This document shows positions 63,860 to 64,000 of a stretch of DNA of 64,000 bases, one piece after another. The DNA comes from Diplonema japonicum. Taxonomy: Eukaryota > Protista > Euglenozoa: Diplonemea. Position 1 is the stretch's first letter; each line of letters starts with the position of its first letter. The DNA lies in assembly GCA_964019335.1 (NCBI GenBank), contig OZ025744.1, positions 124,001-188,000 on the forward strand, in the 5' to 3' direction. The position numbers and the translations under genes are program-made. The notes beneath the pieces are model-generated. The model saw only the letters and a list, made by a program, of their open reading frames with translations. It searched no databases and was not told the DNA's origin.

Positions 63860-64000
63860 CTCACTTCTTTCTTACTTTTTTTTTTTTTTTTTTTTTTGCT
63901 GATGTCGTCCCTGTGGCAAAAAAAAAGAACAAAAAAAATGGAGGGAAAAAAAATATCGTTTTACTTTGCTACAGCTTTGCTAAAACCCTCGTATGGCACC

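Noticed and set aside
1-64000. Prokaryotic or viral origin of the window
   Set aside because: Spliceosomal introns, GAA1, SERF, BTB-BACK, a PTS1 signal and eukaryotic transposons indicate a eukaryotic nuclear genome.

Overview
Eukaryotic protist nuclear DNA, most likely a euglenozoan (diplonemid-like). This is an inference from the SSU rRNA 5' signature, T-x-A-P mucin-stalk surface proteins, tiny GT-AG introns and a single-strand gene cluster. About 18 host genes lie on the minus strand, separated by homopolymer-rich spacers: GAA1, a 4-exon unknown, MINDY-type deubiquitinase, a ~2,940-aa membrane protein with seven alpha-carbonic-anhydrase domains, tyrosinase, astacin, GT77, Ntn/CBAH hydrolase, CLC, a Cys-rich membrane protein, ARM protein, DEAD-box helicase, BTB-BACK, Ubl-LRR, T4 Rnl1-type RNA ligase, peroxisomal bifunctional enzyme, SERF and an AlkB-like oxygenase. 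Several genes are joined only by removing 40-64 nt introns that the ORF track misses. A ~10 kb mosaic island (26.5-37 kb) holds a LINE 3' end, an 18S rRNA 5' fragment, a piggyBac relic, a perfect 12x76-bp tandem array, an intron-containing DD35D pogo element and an astacin 5' pseudogene. Other mobile relics lie at 1.2-1.7 kb, 15.9-17.2 kb and 41.2-42.7 kb. Standout observations: the seven-CA receptor-like protein with only one Zn-competent domain and cytosolic Tudor-like repeats, and a CLC with a natural gating Glu-to-Ala substitution.
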